NCBI RefSeq assembly: GCF_009914755.1
Contig: NC_060928.1
DNA from: the human T2T-CHM13v2.0 reference genome, Homo sapiens
Length of the DNA stretch: 64,000 nucleotides
Direction: 5' to 3' (one strand)
A program made the position numbers and the translations under genes. The notes under the pieces are model-generated. The model saw only the letters and a list, made by a program, of their open reading frames with translations, was not told the origin of the DNA and ran no database searches. This document shows, piece by piece, positions 1 through 18,470 of this stretch; the first letter of the stretch is position 1, and each line of letters begins with the position of its first letter.

Positions 1-1472
<1,472 letters not shown>

Positions 1473-1769
1473 CTTTTGCTGTTGACTCCAAATATCCTGC
1501 TTCATCATCTCTCCACTCCAGAAACTTTTCACATACTAACAAAGGGTGTTCGTTTCTCCTCTAAGTATTTGCCCCCCAGCCCCACCTGCAAGAAGGTGGA
1601 AGTAGGGCCTCTGCCTGGGATGGTAACTCTCAAATGTAAGGCAATACCTGTCTCTCCTCCAATATCCCAAGGACTGAAGGGCTGTGAAAGTCTGCACATT
1701 GATCAAACTTCCCACTCCCTTATCTGAAGGGACTTACTTCCTTCAAGACACTTTTCCTCTTCCCACCTA

Positions 1770-2207
<438 letters not shown>

Positions 2208-2234
2208 TTATGATTTTTTAAACATGGAATGATG

Positions 2235-3065
<831 letters not shown>

Positions 3066-3357
3066 CCTTCCAAATAGATCCTCGGTGGAGCTCACATGCC
3101 TGGGCGAGCACCAGCCTTTGTTTAAAGGCAACAGAGAATGATGCCCTGGCTCAGATCTCCAGCAAGCCCCCAGAATGATAGTCCAGTCTCTGAACCCAGG
3201 GCCAAGGCAGCAGGAGCTTTGGGTGCACATGGGGGCTTCCCCCACTTTGAAGTGAGTCATCACATCCGTATTAGACCCTAGCTGTTGCTTAGGCAAAAAT
3301 GATGATTTAGAAGAAGATGGAGAGAAGAGGAGAGTTAATTTAAAAGTACTTATATTC

Positions 3358-4435
<1,078 letters not shown>

Positions 4436-4559
4436 GAATACTATGTGGGCCACACATGCTGCTTCACATCTGTTATCCCAGCACTTTGGGAGGTTGAAGC
4501 AGGAGGATCATTGCTCAGGGCGTAGGGGACACCAGGTGCATAAAACCACAGCGTTGACT

Positions 4560-4863
4560 GGCGTGGGGGCTTACACCTGTAAGTTTGGGAAGCTAAGGCA
4601 GGACGATCACTTGAGCCCAGGAGTTTGAGGCCAGCCTGGGTGACATAGTGAGATCTCATTTCTAAAAAAAAAAAAAAAAAAAAAAATTTAATTAGCTGGG
4701 CATGGTGGTAGCCGCCTACAGTCCCAGCTACTCAAGAGGCTGAAGCAGGAGGGTCGCTTGAGTCCAGAAGATCAAGGCTGTGGCGAGCTGTGATTGCACC
4801 CCTGCACTCCAGCCTGAGCAATAGAGCAAGCCCTGTCTCAAAAAAAAAAAAAAAAAAAAAAAA
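4560..4863 (+). mobile_element. Alu (AluJ-like)
   Basis: cttgagcccaggagtttgaggccagcctggg; A-rich linker and tail. Confidence 0.9.
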
Positions 4864-6395
4864 GAAGGCATCTCCCTTGTCTTCGGATTCCCTGAGCTGT
4901 CATAGAAAGGAAGTGAAGCAGTGAAAGCATCCCCTCGAAAGGGAGCTTTCAAAACCAGCTTAAGCAACATAGCAAGACCTTGCCTTTAGAAAGTATTTAA
5001 ATTTGAAGGAAAATAAAAAAAAGCAGTACTATGGCACAGAGTTGACAGCTACAAGTGTGGCTACATCCAGGTCCTAAAACTATATCATCAGAATGACCCC
5101 TCACCCTCCCCCCCCATTCCATTTTACTTTCTTAAGCATGAACATGAAATTTCCAAGATTGTCTCTCCTTTGGCTAATCTGCTTCTCAGAACCAATCACT
5201 GTGGCCAGGGTGGTGGAAGGATACTGGCATCCAGGCTGGGACCACATGCCCCAGCTCCAGATCAGGGTGGGGAATGGCCAGTGGCACACATGCCATGGGG
5301 GACTAGTGACTCCTCAGTGGAAAATCGGGGACTGTCATTGGAGAGGAGCGATAGAAGAAAGGCTGACACAGTGCAATGTATCTCCTGCACCAGCCTGGGC
5401 CTCGATGTCTTGAGTACTGATGACACAGTACTCAGTCTAGGGCAATCCCAACTCCATCTGTGGGGCTGCCCACAGTACATGGACCCCTCACTGGATTTGC
5501 TGACCACACGTGCAAACAGCCACCTCCCAGCCCCACTCCCCGCAGTCTCCCTGAACCCTGTCAAAATTCCCCTCAGTTCTCACCAAGATTAAAAGCTATT
5601 CTGAGGGTGAGCGGCTCATTCTGCTAGTTTAACTCTTTCGATTCCTTCTCTCTCCAGAACTCTGTACTTACTGCTCCGTCACTGGTAATGACAATGAACA
5701 TCTTCACAATCTCAGGTTTTATTGCAAAGTGATTGAGGACCAGTTAGAATAAGTTATGCCACAGAAACTAAAGAAATCCCGTCAAGCAAATGGTGTGTCA
5801 TAGAAAGTCTTAGGGCAGCCGTGTATGTTTTCTCCCCCAATGAATCAATTGAAAATGAGAAGCTGTTACCGCCATGTTCTGGGCAGAAGCTATCAGAAGT
5901 ATAAGCCATGATATTATAATTTGATGATTTTTCATCCGTCAAATGGATATGGCCCAGGGGTGAAAAGTGGATGCTCCGTAACTAGATGATGTTCAAGAGT
6001 TATAAAAATGAGGTCCTCTATGTTCAACATTTCTCCTTTCTTGAAAGGATACTCAATGTCATGCTCAGGGCCTCTAATGGTCAGAGATAAAATTCCTCCC
6101 AGTTCCAGAGCACCCCAGGGCAACCCCATAACCAGAGCAACTGCTTATTACCACGTAGACTATGTACTGTGCAATTCCTGGGGTGGCATTTTCATAAATA
6201 TGTGGGTGTCGACCCCTGGAGTTGTGCAATGCACATCTTGCACAAATGGTAAGTCATCGTATCCCAAAGTCCACCAAGAAGAGGTAAACAAAATTCCCAT
6301 CGATGTTGCCATCAGTCATGAGTCTGCCTTTTCTTCATGGGACAGTAGCAAAAACAATTTGGCCAAGTGTGCTTGGATAATCTCTAAGATGGAAT

Positions 6396-6617
6396 CAGGG
6401 TCTCTCACTTTCAGCACTATTGACATTTGGGGCTGGATCATTATTCTGTCTTAGTGGGAGTTGTCCGGGGCATTGTAGGATGCTTAGCAGCATCCCTGGC
6501 CTCTACCCATTAGCTGCCAGTAGCACCACCTCCTCCAGCCGCAACAACCAAAACTGTCTCCAGACATGGCCACATGTTCTCTGGGGGGCAAAATCACCCC
6601 CTGGCTGAGAAGCCCTG
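6396..6617. mobile_element. MER20 DNA transposon fossil (hAT-Charlie)
   Basis: cagcactattgacatttggggctggat...gcagcatccctggcctctaccca...ggggcaaaatcacccc; ~220 bp. Confidence 0.85.
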
Positions 6618-7007
6618 AAATAAAGACATAATACACAGATCACATATATGTAAGAGAGCCTAAGGGCCACACAGGTGATGCTGTACCCATGACAAAGACA
6701 GAGTCTTCAAGAGGTTAGAGAAGTGGAGAAAGAGAAAGGAAATGAAGTCCCAGCTGCCGAGAGCAACAGATGCTGACTAGATGTTGTTGATAGTCATCTT
6801 TAAACTGAGTTAAAAGATGCTGAGAAGCCATCAGCTCCTATCCTGCTCTCCAGGGACAACGCTGCTGAAAAAGGCCTGGAGATCAACAAAGCCCCAAACA
6901 CAGCTGCACTGAGCAAAGAAACCAGAGATTGAGACAAAATGACATTCCCTCAAAGACTACTCATTTCCAAGAGGGGAGAAAAAGTGGAGTCATGAAAAAC
7001 AGTTGAG

Positions 7008-7913
<906 letters not shown>

Positions 7914-8609
7914 TCTAACTTTTCATTATGGAAATTTCCCATATGCACAAAAATCAGGGAGAGAATTGCACCATGAACCCCCATGCACCCATCATCCCAC
8001 TGCAAGAACTTGTCAACATTTCACCAATCTCATTCCAGTTCCCACTTTTCTTTTCCTTCTTGCTATTTTAGGATATTTTAAAGCAAATTCCAGACATTTC
8101 ATTTCACCCACATCCATAACACACCAGGGTGCATTCTTGATGTAAGGATTTTTTGTTTTATAACACCCATGACATTGGCACAGTTAATTGATTTAACATG
8201 AAGAAACTAAGATTCTTGAAGGTGGAGAAAAGATCTAATTACCACCTTAAAGCCTCTCCTACTAGCGCTTCTCAGAACTGAACGTGTATTCAAATCACCT
8301 GGGCATCTTGTTAAAATGCAGATTCTGGCCCAGCAGGTCCTCCCGGGTGAGCCCTGAGAGTCTTCAGTTCCAAAAGTTCCCAGGTAATGCAATGCTGCGG
8401 GTCCATGAATCACACAAGAGGAAGGGTCGGCCAAACACCCACAACAACTGGGTGCAAAGTCCTGACTGTTCCTGACTGCAGGGCCTTCAGTGAACGGGGA
8501 AGCTGGGGACCATTAGGGAAAGAAGGGAGGTTTTTCGTATCAGCTCCAGGCCCTGTAGAACTGCCAGGGAATAACAGACACAAGGGCAGCAAAATCTAAC
8601 CAACAACAT

Positions 8610-9180
<571 letters not shown>

Positions 9181-9186
9181 GGAGAG

Positions 9187-9539
9187 TGTCAGGCCTCTGA
9201 GCCCAAGCTAAGCCATCATATCCCCTGTGACCTGCATGTACATATCCAGATGGCCAGTTCCTGCCTTAACTGATGACATTATCCTGTGAAATTCCTTCTC
9301 CTTGCTCATCCTGGCTCAAAAGCTCCCCTACTGAGCACCTTGTGACCCCCACTCCTGCCTGCCAGAGAACAACCCCCCTTTTTCCTTTACCTACACAAAC
9401 CCTGTAAAATGGCCCCAACCCTATCTCCCTTCACTGACTCTCTTTTTGGACTCAGCCCACCTGTACCCAAGTGAAATAAACAGCTTTATTGCTCACACAA
9501 AGCCTGTTTGGTGGTCTCTTCACACAGATGCATGTGAAA
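9187..9539 (+). promoter_or_regulatory. HERV-H 5' LTR (LTR7 family), 353 bp
   Basis: TGTCAGGCCTCTGAGCCCAAGCTAAGCC...ATGTGAAA; AATAAA in R; homologous to 22848-23248. Confidence 0.95.
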
Positions 9540-9541
9540 TT

Positions 9542-9559
9542 TGGTGCTGTGACTCGGAT
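9542..9559 (+). other. Primer-binding site for tRNA-His
   Basis: TGGTGCTGTGACTCGGAT, one mismatch to TGGTGCCGTGACTCGGAT, directly after the LTR. Confidence 0.93.
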
Positions 9560-10024
9560 TGGGGGACCTCCCTTGGGAGATCAATCCCCTGTCCTCTTGC
9601 TCTTTGCTCTGTGAGAAAGATCCACCTATGACCTCAGGTCCTCAGACTGACCAGCCCAAGAAACATCTCACCAATTTCAAATCTGGTAAGCGGCTTCTTT
9701 TCACTCTCTTCTCCAACCTCCCTCACTAACCCTCAACCTCTTTCTCCTTCCAATCTTGCTCCATACTTCAATCTCTTCCTTCTCTTAATTTCAATTCCTT
9801 TCATTTTCTGGTAGAGACAAAGGAGACACGTTTGATCCGTGGACCCAAAACTCCAGTGCTGGTCATGGACTAGGGAAGGCAGCCTTCCCTTGGTGTTTAA
9901 TCATTGCAGGGACGCCTCTCTGATTATTCACCCAGGTTTCGGAGGTGTCAGACCACGCAGGGATGCCTGCCTTGGTCCTTCACCCTTAGCAGCAAGTCCC
10001 ACTTTTCTGGGGGAGGGGCAGGAA

Positions 10025-10205
10025 CCCCGACCTCTTATCTCTGCACCCCGATCCCTTATTTCCATGCCCAGACCTCTTATCTCTGTGCCCTGATCCCTTA
10101 TTTCCATGCCCGCCCTTTTATTTCTGAGCCCCGATCCCTTATTTCCACAACCTGACCTCTTATCTCTGCACCCCAACCCTTTATTTCTGTGCCCCAACCC
10201 CTTTC
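10025..10205 (+). repeat. HERV-H leader tandem repeat (~21-bp unit, about 8 copies)
   Basis: Alternating ccgacctcttatctctgcacc / ccgatcccttatttccatgcc units. Confidence 0.85.
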
Positions 10206-10429
10206 CCTCTTTTCTGGAAGGCAAGAACCCCCCATCCCTTCTCTCCATGTCTCTACTCCCTCTTTTCTCTAGGCTTGCCTCCTTCACTATGGGCAAGCTT
10301 CCACCCTCCATTCTCCTTTCTTCTCCCTTAGCCTGTGTTCTTCAAAACCTAAAACCTCTTCAACTCACAACTGACCTAAAATCTAAATGCCTTATTTTCT
10401 TCTACAATGCCGCTTGACCCCAATACAAA

Positions 10430-11525
10430 CTCAACAGTGGTTCCAAATAGCCAGAAAATGGCACTTTCAAATTTTCCATGCTACAATATCTAGATAATTC
10501 TTGTCATAAGATGGGCAAATGGTCTGAGATGCCTGATGTCCAGGCATTCTTTTACACATTGGTCCCTCCCTAGTCTCTGTTCCCAATGCAACTCGTCCCA
10601 AAACTTCCTTCTTTCCCTCCCACCTGTCCCTTCAGTCCCAACCCCAAGAGTGCTGAGTCTTTATAATCTTCCTTTTCTACAGACCCATCTGACCTCTCCC
10701 CTCCTTGCCAGGCTGAGCTAGGTCCCAATTCTTCCTCAGCCTCTGCTCCTCCACCCTATAATCCTTTTATCACCTCCCCTCCTCACACTGGGTCTGGCTT
10801 GCAGTTTAGTTCCGTGACTAACCCTCCCCAACCTGCCCAGCAATTTCCTCTTAAAAAGGTGGCTGGATCTAAAGGCATAGTCAAGGTAAATGCTCCTTTA
10901 TCTTTATCTCAAATCAGATAGCATTTAGGCTCTTTTTCATCAAATATAAAAATCCACCCCAGTTCATGGCTCGTTTGGCAGCAACCCTGAGATGCCTTAC
11001 AGCCCTAGACCCTAAAATGTCAAAAGGCCGTCTTATTCTCAATATACATTTTATTACCCAATCTGCTCCCGACATTAAATAAAACTCCAAAAATTAAATT
11101 CCAGCCCTCAAACCCCACAACAGGACTTAATTAACCTCACCTTCAAGGTGTACAATAATAGAGCAGAGGCAGCCAAGAAGCAACATATTTCTCAGTTGCA
11201 ATTTCTTGCCTCCACTGTGAGACAAACCCCAGCCAAATCTCCAGCACACAAGAACTTCCAAACGGCTAAAGCGCAGTGGCCAGGCATTCCTCCAGAACCG
11301 CCTCCCCCAGGAGCTTGCTACAAGTGCCAGAAATCTGGCCACCAGGCCAAGGAATGCCTGCAGCCCGGGATTCCTCCTGAGCCATGTCCCATCTGTGCGG
11401 GACCCCACTAGAAATTGGACTGTTCAACTCACTTGGCAGCCACTCCCAGAGCCCCTGGAACTCCAGCCCAAGGCTCTCTGACTGACTCCTTCCCAGATCT
11501 TCTTGGCTTAGCAGCTGAAGACTGA
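10430..11525 (+). pseudogene. gag: HERV-H gag remnant
   Basis: ORF 11148-11411 contains CYKCQKSGHQAKEC and a second knuckle CPICAGPH*KLDC; start boundary approximate. Confidence 0.85.
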
Positions 11526-12703
11526 CAATGCCCGATCAATTGCCTCGGAAGCCTACAGGACCATCACAGACGCTCTACCTAACTCTCACAGTGGAGGGTA
11601 AGTGCATCCCCTTCTTAATCAATACGGAGGCTACCCACTCCACATTACCTTCTTTTCAAGGGCCGGTTTCCCTTGCCTCCATAACTGTTGTGGGTATTGA
11701 CAGCCAGGCTTCTAAACCTCTTTAAACTTCCCAACTCTTGTGCCAACTTAGACAATACTCTTTTAAGCACTCCTTGTTAGTTATCCCCACCTGCCCAGTT
11801 CCCTTATTAGGCTGAGACCCTTTAACTAAATTATCTGCTTCCCTGACTATTCCTGGACTACAGCCACATCTCATTGCCACCCACCTTAACCCACAAGTAG
11901 AAGATACCTCTGCTCCCTCCTTGGCAACCTATCATGCACCCCTTACCATCTCATTAAAACCTAATCACCCTTACCCCGCTCAATGTCAATATCCCATCCC
12001 ACAGCATGCTTTGAAAGGATTAAAGCCTGTTATCACTCGCCTGCTACATCATGGCCTTTTAAAGCCTATAAACTCTCCTTACAATTCCCCCATTTTACCT
12101 GTGCTAAAACCAGACAAGCCTTACAAGTTAGTTGAGGATCTATGCCTTATCAACAAAATTGTTTTGCCTATCCACCTCAAGGTGCCAAACACATATACTC
12201 TCCTATCCTCAATTCCTCCCTCCACAACCCATTATTCTGTTCTGGATCTCAAACATGCTGTCTTTACTATTCATTTGCACCCTTCATCCCAGCCACTCTT
12301 CGCTTTCAGTTGGACTGACCCTGACACATATCAGGCTCAGCAAATTACCTGGGCTGTACTGCTGCAAAGCTTCACAGACAGCCCCCATTACTTCAGTCAA
12401 GCCCAAATTTCTTCCTTATCTGTTACCTATCTCAGCATAATTCTCATAAAAACACACGTGATCTCCCTGCCGATCGTGTGTGACTCATCTCTCAAACCCC
12501 AACCCCTTCTACAAAACAACAACTCCTTTCGTTCCTGGGCATCGTTGGACACTTTCACCTTTAGATACCTGGTTTTGCCATCCTAACAAAACCATTATAT
12601 AAACTCACAAAAGGAAACCTAGCTGACCCCATAGATCCTAAATCCTTTCCCCACTCCTCTTTCTGTTCCTTGAAGACAGCTTTAAAGACTGCCCCCACCC
12701 TAG
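11526..12703 (+). pseudogene. pol: HERV-H pro-pol 5' part (protease and RT, internally deleted)
   Basis: FLINTEATHS (degenerate DTG), SPYNSPILPVLKPD, YSVLDLKHAVF; ends at the CTAG target site. Confidence 0.88.
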
Positions 12704-12706
12704 TCT

Positions 12707-12724
12707 TGGTTCCCTGACCGGGAA
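12707..12724 (+). other. Primer-binding site for tRNA-Glu
   Basis: TGGTTCCCTGACCGGGAA, complementary to the tRNA-Glu 3' end. Confidence 0.93.
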
Positions 12725-13248
12725 GCGAGGTACTTGATGGACAGTTGAGGCAGCCCTTTAGGCGGCTTAGGACTGCCCTGTGGAGCATCCCTGCGGGCGA
12801 CTCCTGCCAGCTTGAGCGACGCGGATCCTGAGAACTCTCCCGGGTAGGGAATTGACCCGGTGGAATGCCTCGTCAGAGCAGTGTGTGGTAGGCCCCCGTG
12901 GAGGATTGACACAGTGGGTCAACACCGGGAAGGAACAGGCACTTGGAGTCCGGACATTTGAAACTTGGTAAGACTGGTCTTTGGAACTTGCCCACTCTAT
13001 CTGAGTGGAAGTGTGGCCTGATCACACACGGCGTGCCTGTACTGGCACTTTGGTTTTTGTTTTTGACTTGACTTGAATTGCTTGATAATTTGGTTTTGGT
13101 TTGACCTGGCTTGGATTTCTGGATACTCTGATTTTGGTTTTGATTCTGGTTTGGTGAAAACTGAAAAAGTGTGTGTGTGCCTTTTTTACCTATTCTTTGT
13201 TCTGTTGTGTGCGTGTGGTGTGAGCTTGGTGTTTTGTCTCGAGGAAAC

Positions 13249-14855
13249 GTGGGTCAGACACAAAGTAAGCCTACTCTGCTAGGAACTATGTTGAAAAATT
13301 TTAAGAAAGGATTTAATGGAGACTCTGGGGTTACTATGACACCAGGGAAACTTAGAACTTTGTGTGAAATGGATTGGCCAACATTAGAAGTAGGATGGCC
13401 ATCAGAAGGAAGCCTGGACAGGTCCCTTGTTTCTAAGGTATGGCACAAGGTAATTGGTAAGTCAGGACACTCAGACCAGTTTCCATACATAGACACTTGG
13501 TTACAGCTGATGCTAAACCCCCCACAGTGGCTAAGAGGGCAGGCAGCAGCAGTGCTAGTAGCAAAGGGAAAGATAGCCAAGGAAGGATCCCGCTCCACCC
13601 GCAGAGGGAAATCAACTCCTGAAGTTCTGTTCGACCCAACATCAGAAGATCCATTGCAGGAGATGGCACCAGTGATCCCAGTGGTGCCCTCCCCTTACCA
13701 GGGAGAGAGGCTCCCCACTTTTGAGTCCACAGTGCTTGCGCCTCCACAAGACAAACATATCCCTAGGCCACCCAGAGTATACAAGAGAGGAGGTGAGGAC
13801 TCGGGAGAAACACCTCCCTTGGCAGCTCGTTTCGACCCAAAACGGGGATACAAATGCCCCTGTGAGAACAGCGGTATACTGGGATAGATGAGGATGGTCA
13901 CGTGGTGGGGAGACATGTTTCTGTGTACCAGCCCTTCACCTCTGCCCACCTTCTCAACTGGAAAAATTATACCCCGTCCTATACCAAAAAGCCACAAGCT
14001 CTGATTGATTTGCTCCAAACTATTATGCAGACACATAACCCCACTTGGGCTGATTGCCACCAGTTGCTCATGTTCCTCTTTAACACAGATGAAAGGCGGA
14101 GACTGCTCCAAGCAGCAAAGAAGTGGCTAGAGGAACATGAGCCAGCTGATTACCAAAACCCCCAAGAGTATGTAAAGACCCAGTTACTGGGAACCAACCC
14201 CCAGTAGGACCCAAATGAAAGAGAGGATATGCAAAGGCTAAACCGATACAGGGAAGCTCTCTTGGAAGGATTAAAGAGGGGAACCCGGCAGGCCACAAAC
14301 GTTAACTAGGTTTCTGAGGTCATTCAGAGAAAAGAAGAAAGTCCAGCACAATTCTAGGAGAGACTGTGTGAGGCCTATGGTATGTATACTCCCTTTGATC
14401 CCGATAGCCCTGAAAATCAATGCATTATTAACATGGCTTTAGTTAGTCAAAGCACAGAAGACATTAGAAAAAAGCTGCAGAAACAGGCTGGGTTTGCAGG
14501 GATGAACACATCACAGTTATTAGAAATAGCTAACCAGGTATTTGTAAACAGGGATGCAGTAAGCCGTAAGGAAAACTGCAGAGAGAAGAAACATCAGGCC
14601 CAGCGAAATGCCGACCTGTTAGCGGCAGCAATCAGAAGGGTCACCCAAAAGAGGCAAGGGAAGGGGGGCCCCGGGAAAGAAACTCAGCCTGGCTGTCAGA
14701 GCTTGCAGCGTAATCAGTGTGTTTATCGTAAATAAATAGGACATTGGAAGAACAAATGCCCTCAGCTAAAAAGAAAACAAGGTGACTTGGAGCAAGAGGC
14801 TCCAGACAAGGAGGAAGGGACCCTGCTCAACCTGGCAGAAGGGTTATTGAACTGA
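13249..14855 (+). pseudogene. gag: HERV-E gag (start codon now GTG; frameshift and stops)
   Basis: (M)GQTQSKPT..., WPSEGSLD, PSPY late-domain-like motif, HNPTWADCHQLL, degenerate CCHC CVYRK*IGHWKNKC; TGA at 14853-14855 in frame with pro (readthrough-type junction). Confidence 0.9.
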
Positions 14856-17800
14856 GGGGGACTGGGCTCAAGGACCCCCAAAGAGCCTATGGTCAGGATG
14901 ACAGTTAGGGGTAAAGACATTGATTTTCTTGTAGATACCGGTGCTAAACATTCGGTAGTAACCGCGCCGGTAGCCCCCTTATACAAAAAGATTATTGACG
15001 TCATGGGAGCCACAGGGGTTTCAGCAAAGGAAGCTTTCTGCTTGCCCCGGACTTCTACTGTAGGAGGACGTAAAGTGATTCATCAGTTTTTGTCCACACC
15101 TGACTGTCCCTTGCCCTTATTGGGAAGGCACTTGCTTAGCAAACTGAGAGCCACTATCTCTTTTACAGAGCATGGCTCTTTGCTGCTAAAGTTACCCAGA
15201 ACGGGAGTCATTATGACCCTTACCGTCCCCCCAGAGGAGGAATGGAGATTTTCCTTAACTGAGTCGGGCCAAGAGATAAGACCAGCTCTGGCTAAGCAGT
15301 GGCCAAGAGTGTGGGCGGAAGACAACCCTCCAGGGTTGGCAGTCAACCAAGACCCCGTACTTATAGAAGTTAAGCCTAGGGCCCAACCTTTTAGGCAAAA
15401 ACAGAAGCCGGTCCTCAGAGAAGCTCTTGAAGGTATCCAGGTCCATCTCAAGCACCTAAGAACTTTTGGAATTAGAGTTCCTTGTCAGTCTCCATGGAAC
15501 ACTCCCCTCCTGCCTGTTCCCAAGCCTAGGACCAAGGACTACAGGCCTGTACAGGATTTGCGCTTGGTTAATCAGGCTACAGTGACTTTACATCCAGCAG
15601 TACCTAACCTGTACACATTGCTGGGGTTGCTGCCAGCTGAGGACAGCTGCTTCACCTGCTTGGACCTGAAAGATGCTTTCTTTAGATTCAGATTAGCCCC
15701 TGAGAGGCAGAAGCTGTTTGCCTTTCAGTGGGAAGATCCGGAGTCAGGTGTCACTACTCAGTACACTTGGACCCGGCTTCCCCAAGGGTTCAAGAACTCC
15801 CCCACCAGCTTCGTGGAGGCATTGCCTCGAGACCTCCAGAAATTTCCCACCAGAGACCTAGACTGCGTGTTGCTCCAGTAGGTTGATGACCTTTTGCTGG
15901 GACACCCCACGGGAGTCGGGTGCGCCAAGGGAAGAGATATTCTACTCCGGCACCTGGAGGACTGTGGGTATAAGGTGTCCAAGAAAAAAGCTCAGATCTG
16001 CTGACAGCAGGTACGTTACTTAGGATTTACTATCCGACGGAGGAAGCGCAGCCTAGGATCAGAAAGAAAGCAGGTCATTTGCAATCTACCGGAGCCTAAG
16101 ACCAGAAGGCAGGTGAGAGAATTCTTATGGGCTGTGGGATTTTGCAGACTGTAGATCCCAAACTTTGCAGTATTAGCCAAGCCTTTGTGTGAGGTCACAA
16201 AGTTGGGGGACCGGGAAACTTTTGAATGGGGATCCCAGCAACAGCAAGCCTTTCATGAGTTAAAGGAAAGACTTATGTCAGCCCCAGCCCTGGGGCTACC
16301 CGATCTAACAAAGCCTTTTCCATTGTATGTGTCAGAGAGAGAAAAGATGGCAGTTGGAGTTTTAACCCAAACTGTGGGGCCCTGGCCAAGGCGGGTGGCC
16401 TACCTCTCTAAACAACTAGACGGGGTTTCTAAAGGATGGCCCCCGTGTTTGAGGGCCTTGGCAGCAACTGCCCTGCTAGTACAAGAAACAAATAAGCTGA
16501 CTCTTGGACAAAACCTGAACATAAAAGCACCCCGTGCTGTGGTGACTTTAATGAATACTAAAGGACATCATTGACTAATGAATGCCAGACTCACCAACTA
16601 CCAAACTTGGCTCTGTGAAAATCCTCGTATAACCATTGAAGTTTGTAACACCCTACGCCCCACCACCTTGCTCCCAGTATCAGAGAGCCCTGTTGAGCAT
16701 GACTGTGTAGAAGTGTTGGACTCAGTTTACTCTAGCAGACCTGACCTCCAGGGCCAGCCTTAGGCATCAGTAGACTAGGAACTATACGTGGATGGGAGCA
16801 GCTTCATCAACCCACAGGGAGAGAGATGTGCAAGATATGAGGTGGTAACTCTGGACACGGTTGCTGAAGCCAGATCGTTTCCCCAGGGCACTTCAGCCCA
16901 GAAAGCTGAACTCATTGCTTTCATTCAGGCCTTAGAACTCAGTGAAACTAAGAATGTCAACATTTACACTGACTCTCAATATGCCTTTTTAACCCTTCTA
17001 GTGCATGGAACATTATATAAAGAAAAGGGCCTACTGAACCCTGGGGGAAAAGACATAAAATATCAACAAGAAATCTTGCGATTATTAAAAGCCGTATGGA
17101 GACCCCACAAGGTGGCAGTTATGCATTGCAGGGGACATCAGCAAGCTTCCACCTTGGTGGGTTTAGGGAATTCCTGCACTGACTTAGAGGCTCGAAAAGC
17201 AGCATCTGCCCCATTCCGGACATCAGTCACAGCCCCCCTGCTCCCTCAAGCACCTGATCTTGTACCTACTTATTCTAAAGAAGAAAAGGACTTTCTCCAG
17301 GCAGAAGGAGGACAAGTGATGGAGGAAGGATGAATTCGGTTACCGTATGGGAGAGTAGCTGTGCCACAGCTGCTAGGAGCTGCAGTTGTACTGGCTGTGC
17401 AGGAAACCACCCATCGAGGTCAGGAATCACTTGAAAAGTTGTTAGGCCGGTATTTCTACATCTCGCATTTGTCAGCTCTTGCCAAAACGATGACGCAGTG
17501 GTGTGTTACCTGCCGACAGCATAATGCGAGGCAGGGTCCAGCCGTTCCACCCGGCATACAAGCTTATGGAGCAGCCCCCTTTGAAGATCTCCAGGTGGAC
17601 TTCACTGAGATGCCAAAGTGTAGAGGTAACAAGTATTTACTAGTTCTTGGGCGTACCTATTCTGCGTAGGTGGAGGCTTATCCAACACGAACTGAGAAAG
17701 CTCGTGAAGTAACTCGTGTGCTTCTTCGAGATCCTATTCCTAGATTTGGACTGCCCTTATGGATCGGCTCAGATAACGGGCCGGCGTTTGTGGCTGACTT

Positions 17801-18448
17801 AGTACAGAAGGTGGCAAAGATATTAGGGATCACATGGAAAGGACATGCTGCCTACTGGCCTCAGAGTTTCAGAAAGGTGGAGCGAATGAATCAAACTATC
17901 AAAAATAGTTTAGGGAAAGTATGTCAGGAAACAGGATTAAAATGGCTACAGGCTGTCCCTATGGTATTATTTAAAATTAGATGTACCCGTTCTAAAAGAA
18001 CAGGATATTCCCCTTATGAAATATTATATCGTAGGCCCCCTCCTATATTGTGGGGACTTCCAGGCACTCCCTGAGAGTTAGGTGAAATTGAGTTACAGCG
18101 ACAGCTACAGGCCTTAGGAAAAATTACACAAACAATCTCAGCCTGGGTAAATGAGAGATGCCCTGTTAGCTTATTCTCCCCAGTTCACCAATTCTCCCCA
18201 GATGATCAAGTGTGGATCAAGGACTGGAAAGTAGCCTCTTTGTGTCCACGGTGGAAAGGACCCCAGACTGTCGTCCTGAGCACTCCCACCGCTGTGAAGG
18301 TAGAAGGAATCCCAGCATGGATCCAACACAACCATATAAAACCTGCAGCGCCTGAAACCTGGGAGGCAAGACCAAGCCCAGACAACCCTTGCAGAGTGAC
18401 CCTGAAGAAGACGAGACAAGCTCTGCTCCAGTCACATCCAGAAGCTGA
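14856..18448 (+). pseudogene. pol: HERV-E pro-pol (protease, RT, RNase H, integrase), multiple stops
   Basis: FLVDTGA, SPWNTPLLPV, LPQGFKNSP, YVDD changed to *VDD (15879), DGSS, IYTDS, QVDFTEM, GSDNGPAF, RWKGPQTV. Confidence 0.93.
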
Positions 18449-18470
18449 CTGGTCCACGCATGGCCAAAGC

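Noticed and set aside
10025-10205. ~21-bp repeats resembling a CRISPR array
   Set aside because: Degenerate tandem units with no unique spacers; part of the HERV-H leader in a eukaryotic context.
14889-15881. 330-aa protease-RT ORF as a functional enzyme
   Set aside because: It ends at the catalytic YVDD, which is mutated to *VDD.
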